Shown in pieces: positions 63,962-64,000 of a stretch of 64,000 nucleotides of DNA (position 1 is its first letter; each line of letters begins with the position of its first letter). Below the pieces are notes generated by a model that was given only the letters and a program-made list of their open reading frames with translations, was not told where the DNA came from and did no database searches. Made by a program: the position numbers and the translations under genes. The DNA is from Aplysia californica (Eukaryota): positions 53,350 to 117,349 of the forward strand of contig NW_004797838.1 of the NCBI RefSeq assembly GCF_000002075.1, given 5' to 3'.

Positions 63962-64000
63962 GTAAGAGTTTCGCTTTTGTTATTTATAAGTGTTGGTTTT

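Overview
AT-rich, intron-rich animal genomic DNA. The repeat landscape suggests a mollusc, probably a gastropod (inference). Five protein-coding genes can be rebuilt by hand with GT-AG junctions and continuous frames: TCEA1/TFIIS (minus, 6 coding exons, 3' end outside the window), a single-coding-exon type II membrane protein with two degenerate GT32-like domains (plus), TRNAU1AP/SECp43 (minus, 10 coding exons), REX1BD/C19orf60 (plus, 4 coding exons) and BTF3/NAC-beta (minus, 6 coding exons). They form head-to-head pairs around probable bidirectional promoters at about 10.6 kb, 37.8 kb and 62.7-63.9 kb. Introns and intergenic DNA are full of SINEs, LINE fragments (L2, RTE, RNase H-bearing I/Nimb-like) and MITEs. 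There are two N gaps. The most notable observations are: (1) three different short retroposon families that share one 3' stem-loop tail with an RNase H LINE remnant in the window, two of them without a tRNA head; (2) (TCTAGA)n/TAGATCTA palindrome clusters concentrated around the three promoters; (3) the tandem GT32-like protein lacking DxD motifs; (4) an in-frame duplication of TRNAU1AP RRM2 exons across a gap, probably an assembly overlap but with a genuinely diverged tip; (5) splice-site duplications and insertions in TCEA1. All of this was read by eye and no searches were run.
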